From positions 170,164,057 to 170,218,766 of the forward strand of contig NC_068982.1 of NCBI RefSeq assembly GCF_001194135.2: a stretch of 54,710 bases of DNA, in the 5' to 3' direction. This document shows, in pieces, positions 23,875-35,530 of the stretch. The notes below the pieces were generated by a model. That model was not told where the DNA came from and searched no databases. It saw only the letters and a program-made list of their open reading frames with translations. Source of the DNA: Octopus bimaculoides. Lineage: Eukaryota. The translations under genes were made by a program, and so were the position numbers. The number at the start of each line of letters is the position of its first letter. Positions within the stretch are counted from its first letter, which is position 1.

Positions 23875-24457
23875 TTTTCGTAAACTGACACAGAACACAA
23901 CTCCACAGTAAGCGAGATCACTATACTAGTCAAGTTTAGCTTGAAAATTATCAGCTAATTAGCAGTGACTACTCAATTGCTGGATGATTTTGCTAAACCT
24001 GGACTGTCAGTATATATATTTACCATAGAAATCTATGGTCGATTCAGCAAAATACTAACGTGAAAATTATAAAATAACGAAGGCAACTATACGCCATATA
24101 AATCCAGAAGGGAAAAATTCGATTATTACTGACTGTGACTGAGGTTGCAGGGTAGCACCTATATTGCTAGAAATAAGAGTTGGTGACTTATTCAATTAGT
24201 GACAATTGAATTTTTCCTCTTTCGTTTTATATTGTATATAGCTGCCTACATTATTTTGTTATTATCACGTTAACATTTTGCTGAATCAGTCATAAATTGA
24301 TTCGGTAAATATATATACTGACAGTCAGGATTTAGCCAAACCATCTAGCGTTGGAGTAGTCAGTACTGGTGAGCTCGTACTCTTTCAAGCGAAACTACAC
24401 TAGTATAACGATCTCGAGCGCTGTGGGGCGGTTATCTACCGTGTCAGTATAAGAAAA
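23875..24457. mobile_element. Long imperfect foldback (MITE-like) element
   Basis: Arms of about 250 bp centred near 24164, including a perfect 23-bp inverted match (24002-24024 / 24304-24326). Confidence 0.8.
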
Positions 24458-24529
24458 TATTCTTTCTTGCAGCTCTAACGGTTTTTAACTGTTATTTCTG
24501 GCAATATAGGTGCTACCCGGCACCCTCAC

Positions 24530-24589
<60 letters not shown>

Positions 24590-24884
24590 GTATGTATATG
24601 TTTGTGTGTGTGTGTATGTTTTGTCAGCCCACCGCCTTTGTATATTCAAATATTCGACGCAAACATGCACTCACAGTATGCAAGGACATTTTACCCGCTC
24701 ATAAAATGCATACAGACTCTCGCAACCAAGCTTATTGTGATCGGGGAACAAAGGGTAGCCCACGCGATATACAGCCATCTAGGCCTTCATCTTGTATAAG
24801 TCCATCCCGTTTTCCCTCTGAGAATATCTGTTCTCCCCAAGCTGGAGAGGACGTGTCAGGTGAGACAGCTTGGCTGAGAGCTAG

Positions 24885-25990
24885 AAAGGAGCCAGGTTGA
24901 GTGCCAGGAGTGGGGAAATAGCTATGGACCAGAAAGTCACGAAGGTAATGGGCGCGTGTGAAAGGGGGAGGGATGGAATACGGAAGACGGGGAAGGTGGA
25001 GGGATGGAATACGGAAGATGGGGAAGGTGGAGGGATGGAATACGGAAGATGGGGAATGTGGAGGGAGGGTTCAGACTATAGTCGGCGGAAAGCGCGTGGA
25101 ATGGTGCGTTACGAGGGATAAGGTGGAGGTGTGGTAGGGACGGGGGAGGGGTCGTCACTACAGAGCCTACGGAGACGGAGGGACTAAGAGAAAGGAATGG
25201 ACAGATTGGTGTCGGAAGATGGGAGGAGGAGAAGGGCGATGAATCTGTGAATCTAAAGTAGATGGAGGTGGTAAGAGAGAAGTAGGAATGGTAACCGCAA
25301 CGTCGAGAAAGTTAGCACAGGCGTTGGAGACAGATCTGGAGAGTTCAAGGGCAGGATGAAAGGGCAGTGTGAGGTAGAGGAATCCAGATGTTCGAGGAAA
25401 TGTGAGGTCGCACTGGAACAGCAACGACCGTATAACATAGCTTAGGAGTAAGATCGGTGGAGTGAGAGAATATTTCGGTCTCCACACAACGAACAGGTTC
25501 GATAGCTATTCTAGAAACTTGGTGGTAAAATTTGCCTGCGAATGAGAAGCAATTTAAGGAGGGGACAAGTTCAGGCAAAAGAAAGAGAGTAGAGGTGTCA
25601 GATTGGTGATCAGCACAAAGGTCGAGGAAGTATGTTAATGCGGGAAACTTTCGTTGTGAGGGAAAATGTGTACAAGATTTGATATCAAGTGTGAACAGGA
25701 GTCTGGAGGGACCAGGAAGAAACGAAAAAGTATTAAAATGGCGAACTGCATGGGTGGTATCATGAATATATGAGGGGAGGGAAATCACTAGTAGTGCGAG
25801 AATGAGCTCAAAGTATTTTGAGGTGAGTTCAGTGAGGCAGAAACGATGAGGCGTCCAGGGTTGTTGGGTTTGTGGATTATAGGAAGGAAGTAAATAGTTG
25901 CGTGGGGTTACGGACAATGAGATCGGAGTCTGTATGGAGTAAAATAGAAGGGTAAATGAGTTCGTGGATGATACATGAGGCGATTTTATT
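24885..25990 (-). mobile_element. Penelope-like element RT fragment, decayed
   Basis: LPSYIHDTTHAVRHF...LFTLDIKS...LNCFSFAGKFYHQVS, ALELSRSVS...FLDVAV and RLCSDD are PLE RT motifs. Confidence 0.92.
24967..25066. repeat. 31-bp tandem repeat (about 3.2 copies) inside the PLE
   Basis: Unit GGAGGGATGGAATACGGAAGATGGGGAAGGT starts at 24967, 24998 and 25029. Confidence 0.95.
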
Positions 25991-26200
25991 TAGAACCTTA
26001 TACAATATACGCTCACATGGTCACGCCAGTTTCATTGTACCCGACTCCACCTCATCTCCTTCCTACATACGTCTCAGACTTTTGCCCCTCTCCTGTACAA
26101 CTTTACCACCACTCTACTGGATTACCGGTACAACTTTCTGCCCCTTATACTTCACAGGCTCTTACTCTACGCTGTTGATATATATATATATATATACATA

Positions 26201-26415
26201 CAGAGTGGCCCAAAGGTAGGCTTATAATTATTCAATTATCTCTTTCGCATTCTTATATTAATAGTTTAGATCTTAATTATAAAAGAAAAAAAGGAAACCA
26301 TTATTTTATGCTAATTTAGTTAATTGTAAGACAGAAATTTAAATGTAATATAATGTTCTAGAAGAAATTTAAAGTGCCTACGTGATAACGGTAAATCTAC
26401 GTTGGGGCCACTCTG
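26201..26415. mobile_element. Tc1/mariner-type MITE (215 bp)
   Basis: TA|CAGAGTGGCCCAAAGGTAG ... CTACGTTGGGGCCACTCTG|TA: about 19-bp TIRs with TA on both sides. Confidence 0.85.
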
Positions 26416-27027
26416 TATGTACATAAGTCAATCAATATTTATTATTCAAAATTCAAGAAAGAAATATAAATAATAGGATGCAGCTGGTGGAAACGTAGGG
26501 TCAAATTCCCAGTAGGGTAAGGAGGTTTCTGGGGAAGATAGTAGGACTAATCACCTGCTATTGAATTCTTGCAGATTACGGAAGGAAAACAGGGTAAGAT
26601 CAAACATTGGTGATCGCATCAGAATACATGTGTGTGTGTGTGTGTGTTTGTGTGTGAGTGTGTGCGCGGGCGCCTCTGTGTGTCTGTGTATTATGTATGC
26701 ATCTGTATGTATTGTACGTGTGTGTATGGCACGTTATGTGCTATAATATGGCTGTCCAAATCATTTTGTAATTAGATATGTCTAATATATAGTTAATATA
26801 TTAATGTTAGAAACTGCGCTACAGGTGTCTCCGTCAGATTGACAAGGTGATCATAGGTAGATTATTGAACAAATTTCACTTGAACGCTCAGTTGGAATAC
26901 GAAAGGCAAGATGTTGCAATGTCAGAATCCTGTGAATGCTCGACTAAATGCTGCTTGCTCTATTTAGTGACTTTCTCTTTTTGAACTGAATTTCTGCTTA
27001 AACCGATTCATTTACTAGTTTACTAAT

Positions 27028-27058
<31 letters not shown>

Positions 27059-27688
27059 TCTGTCTATTTATTATTGCATCAATACGGATTCGATAAATTA
27101 GGTTCAAGTGATGTACCAGAGTTGAAACAATCGATTATTCCTCCCACTAAATTTTTATGGCTTCATGCCAAAGTCAGGAACAGATACAATCATTTTTGGT
27201 TATCAATATCTTTGTATAGAAAAGAAAGATGAATAATATATACTGTAATATTAAGTTACAAGTTTCAACCATTTAGTCGTATCCATGGTGAGGCAAATTC
27301 AGGCAACACATGGACATATACAGTCACACAAGCACACATACACACACTCCCACTTATATACAAGTATGTCAACTTTTTGTGAATATATTGGTATTGGGCG
27401 GATCTGTGTAAGTGCGAGCATGTAATTACATATCTGCTTCTCGCTTCTCTCCAATATATAATTCTCACTTCTTTACTTCTCATTCTTTGTATATAGGAAT
27501 ATATATGTGTGTGTGTGTGTGTGTTGTTCATATATATATATTATACATACATATACACCTATATAAACGTATACGCACACTTTAATGCTGGAACACACCT
27601 GTACAAGGTGGGAGCTGTACATGCGCTCGATGTGTGGAAACAAGTGTTGGCTGCATATAAGGCCATCAACCTTCAATCATTAGGATAA

Positions 27689-27746
<58 letters not shown>

Positions 27747-27814
27747 GTGTCTGCCTGCCTGTCTGTCTGTCTATATATGGCCAGACTGCAAAATTTTTTT
27801 TTTTTAGTCTACAA

Positions 27815-27912
27815 CTGACTCTATCGGGCTCTCTATCGAACTGCTAAGTTACAGGTACGTAAACACATGAACACCTACCACCAGCAAGCACAGACGTAAA
27901 GACACACGTACA
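27815..27912 (-). mobile_element. SINE family A internal fragment
   Basis: CTATCGG..CTCT..CGAACTGCTAAGTTAC...GTAAACAC matches family A. Confidence 0.6.
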
Positions 27913-28035
27913 GGCATACAGTACAGTTCTATATTTATGAGATGAGGAATTATGTACATTATGAAATGTACATCTCTGTACATTATTTACATTATTTACA
28001 TTTGACGGATATTTGTCCTCATCTTGTTTGTTGGT

Positions 28036-28081
28036 AACACACTGTTTCGGCTGATATATCCTCCAGCCTTTATCAGGTGTC
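28036..28081 (-). ncRNA. Minimal type-I hammerhead ribozyme (G8A and stem III mutations)
   Basis: GACAC-CTGATAA-A-GGCTG-GAGGATATAT-CAGCC-GAA-ACAG-T-GTGTT. Confidence 0.65.
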
Positions 28082-28130
28082 TTGAGGAAATTTCGTACTT
28101 GGGTTCTCATTCCTAAGCTATTTTTCGATG

Positions 28131-28212
<82 letters not shown>

Positions 28213-28302
28213 GGTCTTAAGAGCGCGGGCTTACAAACCCCAAGATTCCGAGTTCAATTCCAGGCAGTGACCCCAGTGAACCCAGGATCGAAATTTCCCC
28301 AT

Positions 28303-28348
28303 GACACACGATGAATGCTGAAGGGTATATCAGCCGAAACGTTGTGTC
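28303..28348 (+). ncRNA. Minimal type-I hammerhead ribozyme (C3/U4 mutated)
   Basis: GACAC-ACGATGA-A-TGCTG-AAGGGTATAT-CAGCC-GAA-ACGT-T-GTGTC; stem I is perfect. Confidence 0.65.
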
Positions 28349-28718
28349 AGCAACAAACCAGATGAGGACAAATATCCGTCAAATGTAAATAATGTAAATA
28401 AGGGGAAACAGTATTTAGACATTGTAATCTGCCTTGTAATTCTTGCAGTTTGGTACTTGATTTAAGAATCTGTATCTAGGACACACTTAGTCAACACTTT
28501 TTTTGATAGATGGAAACATAAACAGATTCAGACGTGTTCGCACATACAGACTTATGTGTACATATATGAAATATTGCAGAACAATTCCTCTTTTTACATT
28601 CCAAAAGATATTCGTCTGCATTAAGAGACAATTGCATAAAGAGCTTCTTGTTGGGTACTCAACAGGAGCCACGTAGATAGAAATGCGTCTTAAACTGAGA
28701 AATATGCCTCTATACGTA

Positions 28719-28769
<51 letters not shown>

Positions 28770-28841
28770 TTTTATATACACATATATGCAAATATATTAG
28801 TGTCTCTATATACATTCTATTAATCCATTTAAATATATTCG

Positions 28842-28882
<41 letters not shown>

Positions 28883-29894
28883 NNNNNNNNNNNNNNNNNN
28901 NNNNNNNNNNNNNNNNNNNNNNNNNNNNNNNNNNNNNNNNNNNNNNNNNNNNNNNNNNNNNNNNNNNNATATATAGATATAGATATATGCATATATGTGT
29001 GTGTATGCGTGTGTCCGTGTGCATTAAATGAATATGTACATAATCATCGCGTCTGCCGGTATATATGTGCTCTCCTCTATTTGTATGTATATAAGGTAAA
29101 AATGTGTTAAGCATTAAAAATGAAGGAAACGTAAAATATCCTAATTTAGGAATCACTATCAATTTGGACGATGCAGTAAAAATTGAAATTGAAACAATCT
29201 AAAAATCTGCAGTCGATCGAAGAGAGGAAAACTATTTCTATATATATTATTGATGTTACCTTTCCAATTTGTTATCATTTCCTATGTTTAGTGAGATAGA
29301 GCTAAACTAGTATTGCATAATTTATTCAGTTACCATAGTTTCACGATTTAAGTAATTTGTTTATCTTGCTATGTGTATTATGTGAAAATTCTCTCTCACT
29401 TCTTTCGTAGAGTCAATCACCAAATATTTATAGTAGTGTCCCATTTTATCGCCCACGTTGAATGCGATGTAATATTGTGCTGAGTTATAATTATCCGTGA
29501 AATATATTCGTCCAGAAACATTGAACAGTAAAGATGAATATGTGGACAAGGTATTTAGGCAACTTTTCAAGAAGCGGGAGTTCAATGAAAAGACTGTTAT
29601 CTACGGTTTTAGTGTTCCTGGGCAAAAATTAATGTTCTGTGCACTGCGTCAGTTAAGTTACCTTTTTGATATTTCTGAGTATAAATTATAATAGACTAAC
29701 CATTTTATCCCAACAGGACTGTTTATTGATGATTGATCGCAAAAATAACGAAAGGAGATCTTAGTACGAGCTGGCATTGGTCGATTTAGCTGGACAGTAA
29801 AATAAACCATTTGTATAAATACGTGCATACAGATATAACAAAAATCCCACTAGTAATGGTTTATGAGCATGTCTGGTGATATGAGAGGTGTTTA

Positions 29895-30098
29895 AAGGGG
29901 CGATCTGGCGGAATCTTTAGCACGCCGGGGAAATGATTCGTGGCCGTTCGTCAATCCTTGCGTTCTGAGTTCAAATTCGCCCGATGTCGACTTTGCCTTT
30001 CATCATTTCGAGGTCGATAAAATAAGTACAAGTCGATGGAATCAACTCACTCCCTCCGCTGAAACAGCTGGCCTTGTACCAATTTTTGAAACCATTAT
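29895..30098 (+). mobile_element. SINE family B, diverged, near full length
   Basis: AAGGGGCGATCTGGCGGAATC...GTTCTGAGTTCAAATTC...GTCGACTTTGCCTTTCATC...GGCCTTGTACC...ATTAT. Confidence 0.85.
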
Positions 30099-30129
30099 AA
30101 AAATTGTTTCTGAAGGTGTATAATTAAGT

Positions 30130-31400
30130 AGTCATGCTAAATGTGACACTGAGGTTCGATAGCTAACATTACGGAAATTTTCAACAATACTTAATTTCGT
30201 TTTATACTTAAATTGGTCTTCAGTTTTTATCATCTCAATACTTCATTGTAAAGAGATGATGCGTCTTCATGAGCACGATTAGGATTTGAAAGTCTGGTAT
30301 GAATATGTTTCACTGAGTTTAGAAACTTGTCATTAATTCTTTACCAAAGCGAATGTAATAGATGCAGTTGCATGTAATCTGTTTCAAAGGTTTTTGTGCT
30401 TACTCGGCCAAAATATAACAACTTTCTAAATGCCCTTCCACATTTGAATAATAAAATGGCATAGTAAAGGAATTGCGATTATTTCAAAATGACATTCTGT
30501 TGTATGTTTTAGTAATGGTGCGAAGTTTAATGTTGTCAGCATTTGGACATTGATGATATTGATTGCGTTTGTCTTTGCTCTGAAAGTGTCCCTTAATTTT
30601 TGTTGTGAATCTGCATCCCTCCTAGGAGGGCTTGAAGTTTAGTGACAAAGAATATATCGGATACTAATTGGAGATAAAACCCGGAGCGATTCGTAACGAC
30701 GGCACAGTGTGTGTTTGCATTGAAAAGATGCATAAGATATATGAAAATTTAATAACAGTTGGTTGTGAAGAGTGAGGAACATGTGACTCTACCTATCCAG
30801 TGAGGTGTGATGTAGTTTGTCGTTGGATGGTTTATAATATGTAAAAGTCTACATAGTAACTTGATACATGCTGTCCTTTCTAAAAGTTGTATAAGATTGA
30901 AATGCAGTGTCTACAGAATTTCTTATTCCGGCAAAGAATTTTTATATTTATGCTACTGAAACTCTATTTTTAATTCTATACATTAACCCCTGCAGAAGAA
31001 CGTAGTCAGAGAATGAACTCTAAAGAATTGTATTGAAATAGCGGAATTCTATGGAGCATGCGTGTTCTGAGGTGTACATCTGTTTCAGTGATGGTATGTA
31101 AATGCATTTATATGAATTGCCCGTTTTTATTCATCCGGCAATATTTATGTCTTGAGCAGCAGAATATCCTCATTTTCATTCGTATGAAGGGAAATGATGC
31201 AATCCTACATCACTGATATCTGTAACAGTCGTGTCCTATTTATGCTGAAGTAGTCAAAAGTGTTACAAATCCTGTAGATGATTTCCAGGTCTGTTACAGA
31301 AGCTGCGTATGTCTAGCGTGAGACGTCTAGAATGTATTTGGTTAGTGTCTGCGCACGAAATTTTAGGGATGATAACAGAGTAATATCATCTGTATACATA
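30130..31400 (-). mobile_element. Possible highly decayed LINE (RTE-like) remnant
   Basis: Scattered weak motifs only (FLYYAILLF...FETDYMQLHLLHSLW, LYNE, RP..KYK); no continuous frame. Confidence 0.25.
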
Positions 31401-32041
31401 AGAGTTCGAATCTAGATGTAAGAACAGATAGGTATTTCAGTGTACACAACACAGAACATTTGAGCAACTTATACTTAATGAAAAGGATGCACTGAAAGTG
31501 TATATTGCGATTGTAAAATTTTATGTGAATTTAAATGAAAATGTCACATATAGACCAAGAATGAAAAAAATTACTCAAATGCTACAACTAAAAATTTCTG
31601 CAAACTCTGTTTGATACGTAAGGGGAACTATATCCGAGAAAAACATTGACATTCAAACGCAGAACTATGATCCCTTAAAAAGAATAACAAGAAAAAATAA
31701 GTACCAAGAAGAGATAAAATAATACGTCTAACACACAGCTGCAAAAAAGATACAAGTGTTCGCAGTATGAATCCTTCACAATAGTCAACACACAAATTAA
31801 CAGCAAAAATCTGAAATGATATCAAATAGCAAGAAATACAACTCTATACTATAAAATATTTACACCTAGAAAAGAGAAATAGATATTACTTAAATCACAT
31901 TTACTATGCAATAATAAGTATATGAAGGACGCTTTAAGGTCACATATAAACGTAATGCAACCAAACGTAATGCAAGTAAATAATATAAATAAGATAATAT
32001 AAATACATAAAAGTATCAGTACCCGGTTGTGTGGAGGCCCA

Positions 32042-32170
32042 GGTGTGGCTGTGTGGTAAGAAGTTTGATTCCTAAGAGCAAGGTTCCAACTTCGGTCCCA
32101 TTGCGTGGTACCTTTGGCAAATATTTTCTACTATAGTAGAAAACCTTGTGAGTAGATTTGGTAGAAAGAT
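32042..32170 (+). mobile_element. SINE family A 5' part
   Basis: GGTGTGGCTGTGTGGTAAGAAGTTTG...TGCGTGGTACCTTTGGCAAAT..TTCTACTATAG...CCTTGTGAGTAGATTTGGTAG. Confidence 0.85.
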
Positions 32171-32250
32171 ACTTAAAAAAAACATTTACATACATACACA
32201 CATACATACATACATACATACATACATACATAGATACATACATACATACA

Positions 32251-32290
<40 letters not shown>

Positions 32291-32424
32291 NNNNNNNNNN
32301 NNNNNNNNNNNNNNNNNNNNNNNNNNNNNNNNNNNNNNNNNNNNNNNNNNNNNNNNNNNNATACAACCCCAATATTTTCTACGGATTGCTTGAACCTCAC
32401 TTTCTTCATATGCCTTTATCTTAC

Positions 32425-32496
<72 letters not shown>

Positions 32497-32534
32497 GTAT
32501 GTATGTATGTATGTATGTATGTATGTATGTATTT

Positions 32535-33070
32535 ATTACATGTGAAAAGTACAATATAATCCAAAAATCCACACCTTATGTGAACAGATTAAAAAAAAAA
32601 TGTAAGCAATGCGTAGCTGAAAGAAATCACCTTTTCAGATCTGAGAACTCTATCACACTGCTGAATTCCAGATACGAAATTTTCAGCGGTTGTAAGCATA
32701 AGACTAAGATCTTGGCGATTTGGAAAGTACCACTCTCTCCGGATTGAGCAGATGTACTGCAAACTCTGGGATACTATCCTTTGAACCCTTTATTTTGCAA
32801 TCAAAGGCGACATAACTCTAATACCTCCACTTTCGCTTCTTTATGTTTTCTTCTTTCCTTTTCCGGTTTTTCAACATTCCATATTTTATATCTACTTCTT
32901 CCTCGCCTTTTCATGTGTTTTTTTTTCTATCATCCAATCGTCATATTTTTAGCTGGTTAAGCCATGTGGAAATTACGTGAAAATTGCGATAAGACACCAG
33001 ACGTATTAAAAAATATTGCCGGAGATGCTTTCGTTGCATGAAACTAAGAGTAAACACATAAAAACATGTA
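32535..33070 (+). mobile_element. Penelope-like 3' end: GIY-YIG C-terminal part plus probable pLTR
   Basis: YNIIQKSTPYVNRLKKKCKQCVAERNHLFRS...LLNSRYEIFSGCKHKTKIL matches the PLE endonuclease C-terminus; the downstream pLTR extent is inferred. Confidence 0.75.
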
Positions 33071-33139
33071 TTATGCTTATTGAATGATATTATCTCTCAC
33101 CAGATGGAGTACTTTTCCCGTTGATCTCCCCATCTATCT

Positions 33140-33665
33140 GTATATAGTACACTATGTGTGTGTGCTTGTGTGTGTGTCTCTGTGTGAGTGTTTGTGCGCG
33201 TGCGTGAGTGTTTCTGTTTGTTTTTGCCACCGTCACCGCTTGAGAAAGGGTTTTTGTTGTATTTACTTTCCAGTAACTTAGCGGTTTTGAAAAAGCCGAT
33301 GGAATAAGTAAAAAATAAAATAAATGCGCCCTTTTAAAGCCTAGCCAGTCTCATGGGCCCGGTTTCCCGGTTTCAATGGCGTATGTGTTCCCCAGCCCAT
33401 CGCAGCGTTACTCATTTTTCCCAGTTGAGGGGACTGGTGCAACGTGAAATGAAGTGTTTTGCTCAAGAACACAACGCATCGCCCGGTCCAGGAATCGAAA
33501 CCACAATCTTACGATCATGATGCTGAGAGCTTAACCACTAAGCCACGCGCCTCCGTGATGGAATAAGTACCAGACGTTAAAAAATACAAGTACTGGGGTC
33601 GATCCGTTCGAGTAAAATTCTTCAAGCCGGTGCCCCAAGCATGCGCAGTCTGCTGACTGAAACAA
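33140..33665 (+). mobile_element. SINE family A 3' half, interrupted by a nested SINE
   Basis: GT-rich body, GTAACTTAGCGGTT...GATGGAATAAGTA | insertion | GATGGAATAAGTACCAG...GTACTGGGGTCGAT...GACTGAAACA. Confidence 0.8.
33311..33556 (-). mobile_element. tRNA-derived SINE family C (V-domain-like), nested with 13-bp TSD
   Basis: Head GGAGGCGCGTGGCTTAGTGGTTAAG...GGTTTCGATTCC, body GTGTTCTTGAGCAAAACACTT...CTGCGATGG, and perfect TSD GATGGAATAAGTA (33298-33310, 33557-33569). Confidence 0.9.
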
Positions 33666-34539
33666 ATCGGTCAATATACATGAATGAAATCCCAGATTAG
33701 CACAGAGAAATATTTATCAACATCAGTATAAAAATCAATAAGTCAAAATAATAGAGAAATAGGAATGATACGCAAGGAACTAAATAAAAAATAACCAGGA
33801 ATATAAGAATAGTTTCGGAACATTTAAACACGTAAAATTGTCGGAAATGCTTACTAGATCAGGTGAATGGGAGACAAAACCTATTTGAGCACTATTAAAA
33901 ATTTAGTGGAAGAACATTTCTACCTGTGACTAAAATACAATCAAATAGACACATAAAACAACCCAAAATAAGTTAAAATCTACGCAATCTCATTTACGTG
34001 AACCGCAGAACTTTTATGCATAAGAAAGAAGTATAATTCATGAAAGTGAAAGTTACAACCACAATATAAAAAGAAGTTGATGTAATGGCTCTGTCAAATA
34101 ACTCATAAAATATAACAAAATTTCTTATTTCTGAATACCTAAGTACCTGAAATCATTTGACATCAATGAAGATATTGAGAATGTTATTGCAGTAATCATG
34201 ACTCATTTCAAATCGACATTCACCTGCAGTCAAAGATCACTCGGTTAAATTGAGATTAAAATTGGTCATTTTTAAGGACAATCATTATACCCATTTGATT
34301 GTTTCAATGAAAGAGAAGCCCGAGATAAACTCAAATCAAACCTAACAAATGAATAATCTAGCTAATGGATAGCTTGAAACTTTTCTGAGTAAGAAAAGAC
34401 GGTGATGGAATTTTCCTTCAACTAAACCAGCAATAAAATTATTGAAGTCGGGTGAGGTATATACATAACAGTTATGATTAAGTTATAACAAAAAGTACAT
34501 TTCAATACAATTGTTAATATTCTGCCAAGATAATAAAAA

Positions 34540-35530
34540 ACCCATTAAACTGTGGATGAAAGATGAACCGAATAGAACGGACTCATGTGAATGCTGTTGA
34601 TAACACAAGGTTTCACAAAGAAAAGAATAATATTAAACTGTATCCATTACTTTATGATAATTATAAAGAAAATCAGCTAAGTCAGTATGCCACTAAAGGA
34701 ATTCGAGTTGGTAGGATTTCCCCTTATGAAACAATTCTACACCTACGACAGACGTGAGTTATTTTACTAAAGACTCTATTTATATGCTTGGTGTTTGGTT
34801 CGGGCTATGTCTCCTTGTACATTGGAATTGAAAGAACTTACAACAAGAAGGGAATGTCACACATAAATGTGACGAAAGAAAGCTTTCGTTGAAAGGTAAA
34901 GTAGTGGCTGAGAACACACAATTTAGCATAATTTTTGGTATGTCTAGGTCTAGCTTTCGTATTAAACAAATGATGCATTTGTTTTTCTCTTCAGATGGTT
35001 AGATTAGTTACAAAGACTATCTGCTGCTAATAAATTCTGCGTGATGGGTTTAGAATGCCGATGCTGATGATGCATATCTATACGCTGAGATTGTAGATTC
35101 TTTAAGTGATAAATACTAGGTCTCGCTCTATCATGTATATATTTCCACGGCTCACTACTTTGATGGAGTTGCAGACCTAGCAATTCATGCAAGCTCACTT
35201 GCTATTGTTGCTCTACAGAAGTAAGATGGAATACAAAAAAAATATGGTTAGAGATTTTGGTAACGACATTGATCATTCGCTGCTTGTTTCTTTTGCACGT
35301 AAGTGGTATAGTGGTCGCAACAAAACCGCGTCATCATGACACGGAAGATTAAAAGTTTGTCTCCGAGTTATTCCTCAGTGTGGACGTTAATGAGACTGAT
35401 AGGTCAAAAAAGAAGGCACAACATGCATGTAAAGCAATCGATGAAACTAGAACAAAATATTTTAGATACAAACAAGAGCAGGCGGTAGCTAAAGAGGCGG
35501 CAATATCACGTCTCTGGTGTGAGGCCATTA
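34540..35530 (+). mobile_element. Probable Mutator/MULE (Phantom-like) transposase C-terminal remnant
   Basis: PNRTDSCEC (cf. CPxGxDSWC), LQRLS....CVMG (cf. RLS...CxxGxTQN), AHYFDG (cf. AVxxFNxG) and a charged C-terminal helix occur in the expected order, but with stops. Confidence 0.4.

Larger units (their letters stand above)
27927..28401. mobile_element. Inverted pair of the tRNA-head/hammerhead element (minus copy 27927-28210, plus copy 28211-28401)
   Basis: Homologous to 1332-1775. The head TTAAGAGCGCGGGC...GAGTTCAATTCC is at about 28217-28261, and two hammerhead topologies lie on opposite strands. Confidence 0.85.

Noticed and set aside
26575-26593. 19-nt microexon (CTAAT branch, TTCTTGCAG acceptor, GTAAGA donor)
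   Set aside because: Not frame-preserving, and such signals arise by chance in 55 kb; no supporting neighbours.
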